A stretch of DNA of 64,000 nucleotides from a virus: the IMG/VR virus record IMGVR_UViG_3300045988_169015, positions 32,001 through 96,000 of that record, one strand, 5' to 3'. Shown here piece after piece: positions 9,430 to 19,216 of the stretch. A program made the position numbers and the translations under genes. The notes under the pieces were generated by a model that was not told where the DNA came from, made no database searches, and saw only the letters and a program-made list of their open reading frames with translations. Within the stretch, counting starts at the first letter, position 1. Each line of letters opens with the position of its first letter.

Positions 9430-9955
9430 CGGGCACTTCGAAAAATTTGCTATAGATTATATCGGCTGCTCTTTCCGGACCATATTCTTCATTGTTGACT
9501 ATCAGATCAGCATGAACATTCTTAAACGCCAGAAGATCGTTTTTGATACGTTCAAAAGCATCGTCAAAGCTATCACCTCTGCTCTGCATGCGCTCTAAAC
9601 AAATATTGGCATTGACTTTTAAATAAACAGTTTTAACGCTCTTATCACCTTTATATATATTATCCAATATTGCTAAACCAGCAGGATCAATTACATATGT
9701 ATCACATTTATCAACCTGTTGCTTTGTTGCACAATAACGATAGCCGTTATAATTTGTGAAAGCTACCATATCTTCGAGCTTAATGGTATCAAATTCTTCA
9801 TTCGAGACAAAGATATGATTAACTTCTTCCAGATTTCTTCTTGGTCTGGTCGTATATGAACGGATAGGCTTTAAGCCATATTTTTCGTTAAGGATCTGTT
9901 CTACAGTTGTCTTGCCTGAACCGGATGGGCCGAGAATACAAACTATATTATTCAT
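9419..9955 (-). CDS. guanylate kinase-like (d)NMP kinase
   Basis: Has GPSGSGKTT and a downstream YTTRPRR motif typical of the guanylate kinase fold. Confidence 0.75.
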   Translation of the reverse strand: MNNIVCILGPSGSGKTTVEQILNEKYGLKPIRSYTTRPRRNLEEVNHIFVSNEEFDTIKLEDMVAFTNYNGYRYCATKQQVDKCDTYVIDPAGLAILDNIYKGDKSVKTVYLKVNANICLERMQSRGDSFDDAFERIKNDLLAFKNVHADLIVNNEEYGPERAADIIYSKFFEVPDDC

Positions 9956-10628
9956 GTTTTACCTCCAAGTCGTCAAAGAGTACAGGAATTTTTTCTTTAA
10001 ACATTTCCAGCATTGGAATTATAATCTGGAGCATCTCAGGATGTGGCTGACCTGTTGTGCCGATCGCACGCAGCTTAAAAAAGTGACGCCATTCACGAAC
10101 ATTCATCGTTACCACAATCTGGGTAGCTATAGAGTTATTTAAAACATCACGAGCCTGCTGAGCCGTCCAGCCATGTGCGATTAAAGAAAGATAAATCTCT
10201 TCGCACTGGTGACAGCTATTCAGCCACATCATTTCTTCGTCTGAAATATCCTTACACTTTTTCCAGCCAAAACTTCCCCAATCGCCAAGAACATTTTCGC
10301 TGACCCATTCGGGACGAATAAAGGTTAACTGATTTCCAAACTTGTCCTTGGAATAATTGCAGTAGCGAGTAGATGACTGAGAAAAAGAAGCTATTCTGTG
10401 GCGGACTATCTCGTGGGTAACTCCCCTATTGGTTTCAATGACAACAGAAATATTAGCGTGCTCCAGTGGGCTCTCATGTCCTATCTTTATTTTATTAGTG
10501 ATAAATGAGTTTCTATTGCCTTTGGGCTCGGACTGGTAACAAATGCGATATGCTTTTTCGATAGTATCAAGCATCTGTTCTGCATTTGGTTCGTAAACGA
10601 AGTTAAAACTGGGGTTAATTATTCGCAT
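9948..10628 (-). CDS. thyX: FAD-dependent thymidylate synthase
   Basis: Carries the ThyX signature RHRxxSxxxxSxR (VRHRIASFSQSSTRY). 226 aa. Confidence 0.9.
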   Translation of the reverse strand: MRIINPSFNFVYEPNAEQMLDTIEKAYRICYQSEPKGNRNSFITNKIKIGHESPLEHANISVVIETNRGVTHEIVRHRIASFSQSSTRYCNYSKDKFGNQLTFIRPEWVSENVLGDWGSFGWKKCKDISDEEMMWLNSCHQCEEIYLSLIAHGWTAQQARDVLNNSIATQIVVTMNVREWRHFFKLRAIGTTGQPHPEMLQIIIPMLEMFKEKIPVLFDDLEVKHE

Positions 10629-10873
10629 ATTTCGTCCCTCACGATCCAGTTATTAAAATCTTTAATATATGTATCAACGTCATCTGACTTAATTTCCACG
10701 GCGATGGGCTCGCTAAGATTAAGAGAATAAAGGCCCATGATGGACTTGGCATCTACTATAAAATTGCCATGAGCAGCTGTTATTTCTGTTCCGAGAGGTA
10801 AGCTGCTTGCTGCTGCAGAAAAATCTATAACATCTCTGGGAGTTGTTAATTTAACTCGAAAATTTTCAATCAT
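10619..10873 (-). CDS. HPr-like domain protein lacking the phospho-histidine
   Basis: 84 aa. DAKSIMGLYSLNL matches the HPr Ser46-region motif, but the His15 region (IHARPA) is replaced by TPRDVI. Confidence 0.5.
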   Translation of the reverse strand: MIENFRVKLTTPRDVIDFSAAASSLPLGTEITAAHGNFIVDAKSIMGLYSLNLSEPIAVEIKSDDVDTYIKDFNNWIVRDEICE

Positions 10874-10874
10874 A

Positions 10875-11066
10875 TTATGATTCTCCTTTCTGATATGTTA
10901 ATCCGCCTGAATATTTAGGCGAATTGTGTTGCGCTAAAATCTCTTCATAAAATTTCAGTTCTTCCGGAGTGGGTTTGCGGATCACTGTTTTTGCCCTTCG
11001 GTTAATTTCTTCATATCTTTTAACCATACGTTCAACTTCATCTGTATATTTTTCTTTGCTTGTCAT
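10875..11066 (-). CDS. hypothetical small protein
   Basis: 63-aa charged ORF. Confidence 0.4.
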   Translation of the reverse strand: MTSKEKYTDEVERMVKRYEEINRRAKTVIRKPTPEELKFYEEILAQHNSPKYSGGLTYQKGES

Positions 11067-11704
11067 ACTGTTAAACCGTCATAAAGCCTTTCTATTGAAA
11101 TAACATTTCCCTCAAAATCGTTAAGTGTTCCCACTGTTCCACTGCGACGCACATAAGAGGGCATTAAATCTGTATCTACGATAAATTCGATAATATTTGC
11201 ACTGATAAAATTGCCGTCGTTATCATATACCGGAGAATACTGATTGTTCGCATCGGTATGGCGATCGTCTTTAATATCTCCAACGGTGACATCAAATTCC
11301 GACCCACTGTCTAAGATCACATGAAACTGTTCTCCGCAATTTTCTGTATAGTAAGTTCCAAGTGCCACCATGTATGTATCTCCAATACGCCTTAGTCCGT
11401 TTTCATCAGTCCATGCGTGCTGCTGGAGGTCGTACTGAGCGGACGATGTATCGGTTATGGTGCGGTAATCCATATATGTTTTGAAAGAAGTGTCCAAGTC
11501 AAGTTTTTCATCATACGAAACTGTTACCAAGGTGGCTTTTTCTGTAGCGTGAGTTGATGAAAAATCTTCAACGGATATTGTAGGGTTTTGCTTATCATAT
11601 CCAATATGCTTTAATGCACTGTTAAAATAGCATCCTAAACAAGCAGTGCAGCATATATTTGTAGCAATAAGAGCATAAATTGCTCTGATTATGTCTCTGT
11701 TCAA
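11063..11704 (-). CDS. membrane-anchored hypothetical protein
   Basis: 213 aa with an N-terminal TM helix (IYALIATNICCTACLGCYF). It is the first gene after the promoter at 11772-11800. Confidence 0.5.
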   Translation of the reverse strand: MNRDIIRAIYALIATNICCTACLGCYFNSALKHIGYDKQNPTISVEDFSSTHATEKATLVTVSYDEKLDLDTSFKTYMDYRTITDTSSAQYDLQQHAWTDENGLRRIGDTYMVALGTYYTENCGEQFHVILDSGSEFDVTVGDIKDDRHTDANNQYSPVYDNDGNFISANIIEFIVDTDLMPSYVRRSGTVGTLNDFEGNVISIERLYDGLTV

Positions 11705-11771
11705 TGTTTTTCATCCTTTCATAGTATTATATCCCCTCTTATCGAGGGGATTTGTTTTTGTTACAGTTACT

Positions 11772-11800
11772 ATTATATATTATTATATCCAATATGTCAA
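11772..11800 (-). promoter_or_regulatory. consensus sigma70-type promoter
   Basis: Minus strand reads TTGACA (11795-11800), a 17-nt spacer, then TATAAT (11772-11777). The upstream element ACATCCACAATCCC is shared with the promoter at 35240-35268. Confidence 0.65.
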
Positions 11801-11818
11801 GGGATTGTGGATGTGGAA

Positions 11819-12556
11819 TCAAATTTCTTTTTCGATAAAGGATTTAAGCGGCTCTCTAAGAGTGCAGTTTTCATGAAGCCATGTAAGGTAATCAATATCA
11901 GACTTTATATCAACGAATTTTTGACCTTTATACTTTCCAAAGGGCATAATGAACTCGTCAGAATTCTCCGCAGCAGGTGCCGAATAAGAGTTAATGTTGG
12001 GCTGTTCAAAAACATACTCAAAATGCTTACGGCTTGCAAGATAATCACACATATGTACAAACTGCTGTGCGGCAGTCACGGGCTTAGGGAGAACGATGTT
12101 GCTACGCTTATCTGTGTTCCAACCACCCATATGTGAAGCGATCATACTTGCTATTTTGTTTTTATCCGCCTGCGAGATAACTTCACTTCTGCTGTTACGA
12201 ACCCATTCAGCTGCGATGACAGGATGGTCAAAAACCGTATAAGTGCTGCCATTATCACCATGCTTTTTTGCATCGTGGAGTATTCCCGCAACACGGATCA
12301 TATCCTTGGTATCGTTGTCAAAATCAAACTGCTCAAGTGCAAGCAGGTCATTTGCAATTCCGACAAGAGCTTTAGTATGGCGAATTAATCCTTGTTCGCC
12401 CTGTGCGAATTTGGGGTGGTATTTGCCTGTACTTGATGCAGGAACCGTAAAGAAATAGTCTGGAGCGTCTTCAAGCATTTCTATACAAAACTGACGAATA
12501 TTGGAGTTTGTAATTGTGTCGAGTTCTGCTCTGAATGTTTCTGATTTTATACTCAT
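11819..12556 (-). CDS. HD-domain phosphohydrolase with DUF3820-like C-terminus
   Basis: H...HD motif (GILHDAKKHG). The C-terminal MPFGKYKGQKFVDI...DYLTWL resembles DUF3820. Confidence 0.75.
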   Translation of the reverse strand: MSIKSETFRAELDTITNSNIRQFCIEMLEDAPDYFFTVPASSTGKYHPKFAQGEQGLIRHTKALVGIANDLLALEQFDFDNDTKDMIRVAGILHDAKKHGDNGSTYTVFDHPVIAAEWVRNSRSEVISQADKNKIASMIASHMGGWNTDKRSNIVLPKPVTAAQQFVHMCDYLASRKHFEYVFEQPNINSYSAPAAENSDEFIMPFGKYKGQKFVDIKSDIDYLTWLHENCTLREPLKSFIEKEI

Positions 12557-12588
12557 TGTATTCTATCCTTTCTAATATGTTAATTACC

Positions 12589-13236
12589 TTATGTATTTAT
12601 CCACCCGATAACAGGTGCGTTGTTATAATTGCCTACTTCCCAGACAAACCAAGCGTAACACTTTGCAGATGACATTCTTTTTTCTGTTCCATCTTTATTG
12701 TAAAGAGTATTACCGTCTTTATCTTTTGCACTGAAATCACCGTTCATTCCACAAAGTAGTCTGTTAGCAGCTACCCACACTCTTACGGGCGGTCTTGTCT
12801 TAAACAGTTTTGTTCTTTTGTCACTTTCAAGAAATTGTATCGGAAGAAATAGTGCAAGTTTTTTACCGCTTTCAAGCAAGTCAAGCGAATGTTCCGTCCA
12901 CTCTAATGCTGTTGAATAGGGTGGATTAGTAACTATATTGTCAGCAAGAGATTTATTGCATTTGAAGAAATCAATATTACCTTCTCCATAACCTCTATCA
13001 ACTAAGTCCGTGCTTACAACATCATAGCCAGCTTTAATCATAGACTCTGACAAATGACCCTCACCACAACAATTTTCCCAGATAGAGCCATTGAATTTTT
13101 CTACTTTCATTAGTTCTTCAACGGCTTTAGGTTCAGTAGCGTAATAATCGTGTTCAGCTCTATCGTGGTCGGTGTGATTACTTGCACCGAGCGTAACGAA
13201 TGTTGTTTTCTTATTGCCTGTCCAATCTTTACTCAT
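12589..13236 (-). CDS. DNA N6-adenine methyltransferase (orphan)
   Basis: Catalytic motif IV IVTNPPY. No restriction partner is adjacent. Confidence 0.8.
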   Translation of the reverse strand: MSKDWTGNKKTTFVTLGASNHTDHDRAEHDYYATEPKAVEELMKVEKFNGSIWENCCGEGHLSESMIKAGYDVVSTDLVDRGYGEGNIDFFKCNKSLADNIVTNPPYSTALEWTEHSLDLLESGKKLALFLPIQFLESDKRTKLFKTRPPVRVWVAANRLLCGMNGDFSAKDKDGNTLYNKDGTEKRMSSAKCYAWFVWEVGNYNNAPVIGWINT

Positions 13237-13257
13237 ATATGACTTCCTTTCAACGTG

Positions 13258-14559
13258 TTAATTCATACTTATTTCTGTTTTGTCGTCTCTAATACGATGT
13301 GTCCAAATGGCAAACCTCAGACCATATCCGCCCTCATCGTTCTTAGTAATTTCAAAATACGATATCGTAGCGATCTTGCCTACTATCAATTCGGGGTGTT
13401 TCCAATATTCCACACGTTCTTTTTCGTTAAAACCACTGCCGCAGCCACAAACATAATGCTTGTCCTGATATATAAATTCAACGACAACTCCACCAAGCTT
13501 ACCTGTGTTTTCACCTATGCCTTCGTAAACATCTATAATTCTGAGATCAGCATCTTGCATTACCTTTACTTTGAGCAAGTTATATGTTCTTTTAAAATCG
13601 TACTTGCCCTCGTTAAGGTTGATCATAATTCCTTCTTTGCTCTTATCACGGGCTTTGTTCAGATATTCAGTTATCATTTCCTTATCAGAACCCTGATACA
13701 AAACGGGCAAGAGACGCACATGGGCAAACTTGTTATCCTCAAATATCTTCTCAAGTAACGCTCTGCGCTTCCAGTATTCTATGTCGCAGGTCTGTTTAAT
13801 GAAATCTTCATACCTAAGTGTATCGAACACCATATATTTGAGACCGGTTTTAATGCCTTTCTTTCTTGCCGTAGTAGTTACTATCTTGTAGTTCTCAGCA
13901 GAAGTAAGTTCTTCGCAGTTTATAGCGACAAGCTCACCATCGAAAAAAGCATTATGTATCTTCTTCTCTTTACAAAATTGCGACAAATCTGTTTCGACTT
14001 CGATAAGCCCCTCGACAGGCTGTCCTTGACGAGAATAAAATTCAACCTTGTCATTATGTATAATTGCCGCTAATCTATATCCGTCAAGTTTTTCGGTAAG
14101 GGTAAATTCACCCGTTACCTTTTCGGGCTTTTCAAAATACTTTTCTGCAAGCTGCAAATCAAATACGGGTACAAAATTTTTCCCATAAACGCTATTTACC
14201 GTTTTCGCATCTATTCCAAGCTTTAGTGATTTAGTAATAAGCTGCTTATAATAATCCCGATATTTCTCGGGCTGGCTTTCAATAAATCCTTGCACGATAG
14301 CAATATCCGTGTCTTTACCGGTATTGTTTTCGGACAAGTACACCATCATATCTCTCCAAGTCTGAATAGGAGAGGTGTTATATGGAACTTGTTTATTGAG
14401 TTTTTTGGTGCTGATACCCGTGATTTCAAACGGATTAAGGAGCCATTTCAGAGTCGTCTGGAACAAAGTGTTATCTTGATTCTCTTTAAGGATCTGAATT
14501 TTTGCGTTGCGCTTAGTAGTTGATTGCAGCTTTTTAAATATGTCAAATACCTTGTCCAT
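13258..14559 (-). CDS. ATP-dependent DNA ligase
   Basis: Adenylation motif I KxDG (TEKLDGYRL). 433 aa. Confidence 0.85.
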   Translation of the reverse strand: MDKVFDIFKKLQSTTKRNAKIQILKENQDNTLFQTTLKWLLNPFEITGISTKKLNKQVPYNTSPIQTWRDMMVYLSENNTGKDTDIAIVQGFIESQPEKYRDYYKQLITKSLKLGIDAKTVNSVYGKNFVPVFDLQLAEKYFEKPEKVTGEFTLTEKLDGYRLAAIIHNDKVEFYSRQGQPVEGLIEVETDLSQFCKEKKIHNAFFDGELVAINCEELTSAENYKIVTTTARKKGIKTGLKYMVFDTLRYEDFIKQTCDIEYWKRRALLEKIFEDNKFAHVRLLPVLYQGSDKEMITEYLNKARDKSKEGIMINLNEGKYDFKRTYNLLKVKVMQDADLRIIDVYEGIGENTGKLGGVVVEFIYQDKHYVCGCGSGFNEKERVEYWKHPELIVGKIATISYFEITKNDEGGYGLRFAIWTHRIRDDKTEISMN

Positions 14560-14598
14560 CTATTTCCTTTCTCAGATGCAGCCAGAGAGCTGCACCTG

Positions 14599-15129
14599 TT
14601 ATCTTAATTGTGATTTCAGATAATACGATAATACGCCATAAATATAAACACCGCTGAACGCTGCGTCGGGCATAAACATCAATTCAAGTCCGTATCTGTG
14701 GTTATATGTATGCAACGTTGCAAGGAATGCTTTTGGCGAAATATCGGTCTTGTAGTTTTTCTGAATGATATCAGCATAGTTTGCATTCTCTATCATCAGA
14801 TATTTCTTGCCCGAGAATGTAGCAAGCTCCTCTTCAAATCTCGCTCTGTTCTGAGTTATATTTCCGCTGATTTCTTCGAGACTCGCTTTGCGTTCCACCA
14901 TAATCTGGCGGTCGAAATACATATCTCGGTCTATATTCAGCTTTTCATTGGCGGGAATATAGAAGCTATAATCACCGTTCTTCAGAGCTTTAACTACATA
15001 ATTGATATGATTTTTATCGAACCAATCAAGAATTGATTTGTTGACTTTTTCACGGGAATCGACTATTATTGTGAGCGACTTCATCAGCTCTTCTTTTTCC
15101 TTATCGGTATATTTATAATGGGAAAGCAT
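14599..15129 (-). CDS. ERCC4/XPF-Mus81-type nuclease
   Basis: VDSRE...GDYSF...VERKASLEE matches the GDxnERKxxx(D/E) nuclease signature. Confidence 0.7.
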   Translation of the reverse strand: MLSHYKYTDKEKEELMKSLTIIVDSREKVNKSILDWFDKNHINYVVKALKNGDYSFYIPANEKLNIDRDMYFDRQIMVERKASLEEISGNITQNRARFEEELATFSGKKYLMIENANYADIIQKNYKTDISPKAFLATLHTYNHRYGLELMFMPDAAFSGVYIYGVLSYYLKSQLR

Positions 15130-15133
15130 TCTA

Positions 15134-18100
15134 TCACCTCACATTCGCCCATTTTTTGAGAATAAGTTCTGTTTCTTCCTTACGATACCATTCACCCTCG
15201 GGAGTTTTACCCCACTTGGGTTCTTCGGAAATATCAATAGCTTTGATGATATCGCACTGTTTAACGGGGTTATCGTTGAAGACCTTACCTTTTATTTTAA
15301 CAGTTAACATTTCGCCGTTATTCAGACGATAAAGCTTGACTACACGATTCGCATACTTATCATTTATATCAAGAATTGCGTAATAGTTATCACTTAACTT
15401 CGGCAAAGTAGTTTGAACATAACCTAAGAATTCAATTTCCGCTTTAATTATCTCGGAGAGAGGAATGCTTTTATCTTCAAGGGTACTACACATCTCGGCA
15501 AGCAATCCATTCATATCGAATACTTTGTAGAGCTTTGCTGTTGCGGTTGCATATTTAAGAACGATCTTCTCGGGAAGTTGTACCTTGTCCTTGGAGAACT
15601 GCTTCTTGCCACCATACTCGCTGAACATTTTGAATATCTCAAGCAGCTTTTCCGATTTGCCAAATTCTCGGAAGAACCCAAGCCTGATAAGTATTTCGGT
15701 TTGTCTTGAATTGCAGGGATTTACCGCAAGGAAGTCTATGAAAGTTGAAAACTCAATATCTCGCATCTCATACATTTTCTGAGCAACTTCGGTGTTGAGA
15801 TATTTGATTGAAGCAATGCCTTTGTAGATTGCTCGATTCTTACTGTCAGGAATATATACATCTTTGGAATGTCTGAATTGGGGATTAAGAATTGAGATGC
15901 CGAGTTGTTTTGCCAATGCCGTACCATTAACAATATCAGCATCGTTATTTGCATTATTCAGATATGCAGAAATAAATTCTACAGGATAATAATAACGAAG
16001 ATAGGCACACATATAACCTATCATTGAATATCCGGTTGAATGGTTGTATCCAAACTGATAATTCGAGCTATCTTCAATAATCTGTAAAAATTCTTTTGCT
16101 TCCTGTTCAGCTACTTCTCTTGGTTTTGGAGACTTATTACAGTAACCTTCAAGAATTTGTGGGAGAGCTGCTTGCAGCCTATCCGCTTGTTTACGACCGA
16201 TTGCACGACGAATATTATCCGCATCACTACCAGATAATCCACATATTTCCTGTAAGAATTTAATGGTATCTTCTTGAAATACGAGGAAACCATTATTATC
16301 TTTAAGAAGCTCGTCTATAATTTCTGAGGGGTTATGATTAACTTCTTTTGCAATAAGTCTGTCACGATAACTTGCTCCCGACGGTCTCAAAGATGCGTTC
16401 ACCAAAGATAAATGGTTTATCATAGTAGGCTTATATTTCTGAAGTAAATCGAAGGCATAATCTCCTTCAAACTGAAATATTCCTACGGGACTTGTGATTA
16501 TATCATCCCATACTTTAGAGTCATTCCAGTTTAATTCGTGAGCACGAGGATATTTTATTTCTGCAAACTTACAGGTGTCTTTGCATATTTCGATGTTCTT
16601 CAAACCAAGAATATCATATTTTACAAGAGATACTTCGTGTACTTCTTCCATATTCACCTGCAAAATACGCTTTCCCTCAGACCAAAATGTACCGTAATTA
16701 TCTGGAAGAGTTACGGGACTTGCAATAATTCCCGCCGGGTGCATTGATTGTGAAATTGCTGTATTGAGCAATCCGTCGAAATAATAAAATACATCCGGAT
16801 ACTTTTGTTTTGTCGTTTCAGGATCGACTTCATATTCCTTTTTTATTTTTTCAACCTCACCAAGCGGGATCTCAAGAGCTCTGCCGATTTCATCGATTGT
16901 ACCTTTATCTGAAATAGTACCAATAGCAAGAATATAGGCTGTCTTATCTTGTCCAAAGCGATCGATAATATAATCATAAACAAGATGTCTTTGGCTCGGA
17001 GATACGTCGATGTCAATATCTCCAATCTCTTTTCTATCCTCGTTACAAAAACGAGAGAAAACTGTATGCCATACTACTGGGTCAACGTCAATAATACCTG
17101 TAATATATGCTACTTCTGAACCACCAACGCTACCTCTGCATGGTCCAATTGGAATACCATTATCCCAGCACCAACATACGAGTTCAGACATAAACAGCAT
17201 AAATCCAACCATACCAACTTTTTCAAATACACGCATTTCTTCATATATCCTATCTCTATATTCAGAACTGTCGGATATTATACGACGCTTTCTTTTATCC
17301 TTATACATTGTATTGATACGTTGTTTCATTACTTCAATATCTTTTTCTCCATAAAGCTTGGGATACTTAAAACTTGTATCCAACTCAAACGTTTCAACGG
17401 AATCAGCCATAACATTGGTGTTTTCGATTGCCTGTAAATACACTTCCTCATCTACAACGCCCTGCTGTCTAAACATTTCGACAAGTTCGTCATATGATTT
17501 ATAAGTCAAGTCAAATTGATCTTCGTTGGAAAAGCCAATCTTTTTCGCTTTCATAAGAATAGAACGGCATTCAGCTTTATAGTTATTGATACTATGAGTA
17601 TCGGTTCCCGCAATAAGAGGCTTTTTATATTTCTTTGACATCTTTACAAGCCAATCGTTATATTCTTTTTGTTCAGAACTGTTAACGTGAGGTTGAATTT
17701 CGTAATAGTCATATGTTCTAAGAAGCCTATCAAGTAATACAGCATTGTCTACCATGTCAATCTTGTTAAGGGGTGATGCGAGGCAAGCACTTATTTTAAT
17801 TACATTATCTGATATATTAAAGAACTCATCAAAGCTTATTCGATGTTTATAATATGTATGGTCTTCTTGTGAAGCAATATCAATAAGCGTGTTTATCTCT
17901 CTGACCCCTGCTTCATTTTTAGCAATCAGAATGGTATGGTAATTATCACGAACTTTATGAGGCTCCGAATTCTCGTCATCTTTTTGTAACAACGCCTTTG
18001 TAAGATACATTTCTACGCCGTGAAGATATTTAATTTCTTTCTCTTCACAATACATTTTCTTTTCAATCCAGTTATAAATATTGCCGTGTTCTGTAAAACA

Positions 18101-18214
18101 AATTGCTTTTTGACCAAGTTCTTTTGCCTTGTCAATATATAATTTATAATTAGTACAACTGTCTAACAGACTCAATTCTGAGTGGAGATGATACACCGTA
18201 TAATTATTTCCCAT
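15134..18214 (-). CDS. dnaE: DNA polymerase III alpha subunit (DnaE-type, PHP domain)
   Basis: About 1026 aa. The N-terminal PHP motif is YHLHSELSLLDS. Start set to the ATG at 18214 (MGNNYTV), because the longer ORF runs into the upstream HNH gene. Confidence 0.9.
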   Translation of the reverse strand: MGNNYTVYHLHSELSLLDSCTNYKLYIDKAKELGQKAICFTEHGNIYNWIEKKMYCEEKEIKYLHGVEMYLTKALLQKDDENSEPHKVRDNYHTILIAKNEAGVREINTLIDIASQEDHTYYKHRISFDEFFNISDNVIKISACLASPLNKIDMVDNAVLLDRLLRTYDYYEIQPHVNSSEQKEYNDWLVKMSKKYKKPLIAGTDTHSINNYKAECRSILMKAKKIGFSNEDQFDLTYKSYDELVEMFRQQGVVDEEVYLQAIENTNVMADSVETFELDTSFKYPKLYGEKDIEVMKQRINTMYKDKRKRRIISDSSEYRDRIYEEMRVFEKVGMVGFMLFMSELVCWCWDNGIPIGPCRGSVGGSEVAYITGIIDVDPVVWHTVFSRFCNEDRKEIGDIDIDVSPSQRHLVYDYIIDRFGQDKTAYILAIGTISDKGTIDEIGRALEIPLGEVEKIKKEYEVDPETTKQKYPDVFYYFDGLLNTAISQSMHPAGIIASPVTLPDNYGTFWSEGKRILQVNMEEVHEVSLVKYDILGLKNIEICKDTCKFAEIKYPRAHELNWNDSKVWDDIITSPVGIFQFEGDYAFDLLQKYKPTMINHLSLVNASLRPSGASYRDRLIAKEVNHNPSEIIDELLKDNNGFLVFQEDTIKFLQEICGLSGSDADNIRRAIGRKQADRLQAALPQILEGYCNKSPKPREVAEQEAKEFLQIIEDSSNYQFGYNHSTGYSMIGYMCAYLRYYYPVEFISAYLNNANNDADIVNGTALAKQLGISILNPQFRHSKDVYIPDSKNRAIYKGIASIKYLNTEVAQKMYEMRDIEFSTFIDFLAVNPCNSRQTEILIRLGFFREFGKSEKLLEIFKMFSEYGGKKQFSKDKVQLPEKIVLKYATATAKLYKVFDMNGLLAEMCSTLEDKSIPLSEIIKAEIEFLGYVQTTLPKLSDNYYAILDINDKYANRVVKLYRLNNGEMLTVKIKGKVFNDNPVKQCDIIKAIDISEEPKWGKTPEGEWYRKEETELILKKWANVR

Positions 18215-19205
18215 ATAATTCCACCCCGTACTTTTTAAAGACTTCCTTTTGAGGTTGCATTCCCGGATAATAACAATTTTCGGCATTTAATCTTGCAGTA
18301 ATCGCATCGTCAATATTCTTATAATGTCCTAATTCAATTCTGCGACCTTGATAATTAATATATGCTCTCCATGTTGACGTAGCTTTGAGCCAGCTTACTC
18401 CAGTAACGCCAGACGTATTATTTCTGCGTAATCCAGAATTAATTGAGTTCTGAGATTTATTTACAATACGTAAATTTTCTTTTCGATTATCAAGCCTATC
18501 CCTATTGATATGATCCGGTATCTTGTTTTTATCATATTCGTTTAACAGAAACCTTTGCATTAACCCTTTTGATGTGTTTTCTGCATATCCCCAAGTGTTT
18601 AATCCCCATTTGTATTGAATAACTTTTTCCAAGTCGTCTATATCAATTTTTGCCTCTGCAACAATATTATGTTTGGAATCTCTCAATATAATAAATGCAA
18701 CATCGTCTTTAATATAATATTGATTTTTATCAAACACCGTAATTTCTTTCACTTCTCCGAGTTTATATAATTGGCTATAATGCTTTAAACAATACATGCC
18801 ATTATATATTCGAGAATATATCACATGATGGTCACTACCACAGATACAACACACTCTTTCTATCTTCTTGCCAGATGGCATTTCGTCAAGAAGATTTCCA
18901 TGATTTCTCATTTGCATATAATGTTTGCTACACAATTCTAACCCATTGTATTCATCTTTGGAATGCCAAATTGTATAATTACAAGAGTTTATATCTCCAC
19001 ATATATCGCATTTACGACTCAGCGGTCTTGGATAATTTGGTTTATCATCTATTATTTTGCCGTATCTATGTAGTTGAGTATAATGTTTGTTGCAAAGTAA
19101 TTTTGTTTTATAAAAATGCGAATCTTCTGATGCTAATTTACCACAAATGCAACACTTTAATTCTTGATTTGTTGATTCCTTCATTGATTTTTCACCACCT
19201 GTCAT
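18204..19205 (-). CDS. free-standing HNH-AP2 homing endonuclease
   Basis: HNH_3-like HINRDRLDNRKENLR plus an AP2-like segment (SGVTGVSW...WRAYINYQGRRIELGHY). Three N-terminal CxxC...C.KHY.Q repeats. Confidence 0.8.
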   Translation of the reverse strand: MTGGEKSMKESTNQELKCCICGKLASEDSHFYKTKLLCNKHYTQLHRYGKIIDDKPNYPRPLSRKCDICGDINSCNYTIWHSKDEYNGLELCSKHYMQMRNHGNLLDEMPSGKKIERVCCICGSDHHVIYSRIYNGMYCLKHYSQLYKLGEVKEITVFDKNQYYIKDDVAFIILRDSKHNIVAEAKIDIDDLEKVIQYKWGLNTWGYAENTSKGLMQRFLLNEYDKNKIPDHINRDRLDNRKENLRIVNKSQNSINSGLRRNNTSGVTGVSWLKATSTWRAYINYQGRRIELGHYKNIDDAITARLNAENCYYPGMQPQKEVFKKYGVELYGK

Positions 19206-19216
19206 CAAATCACTCC

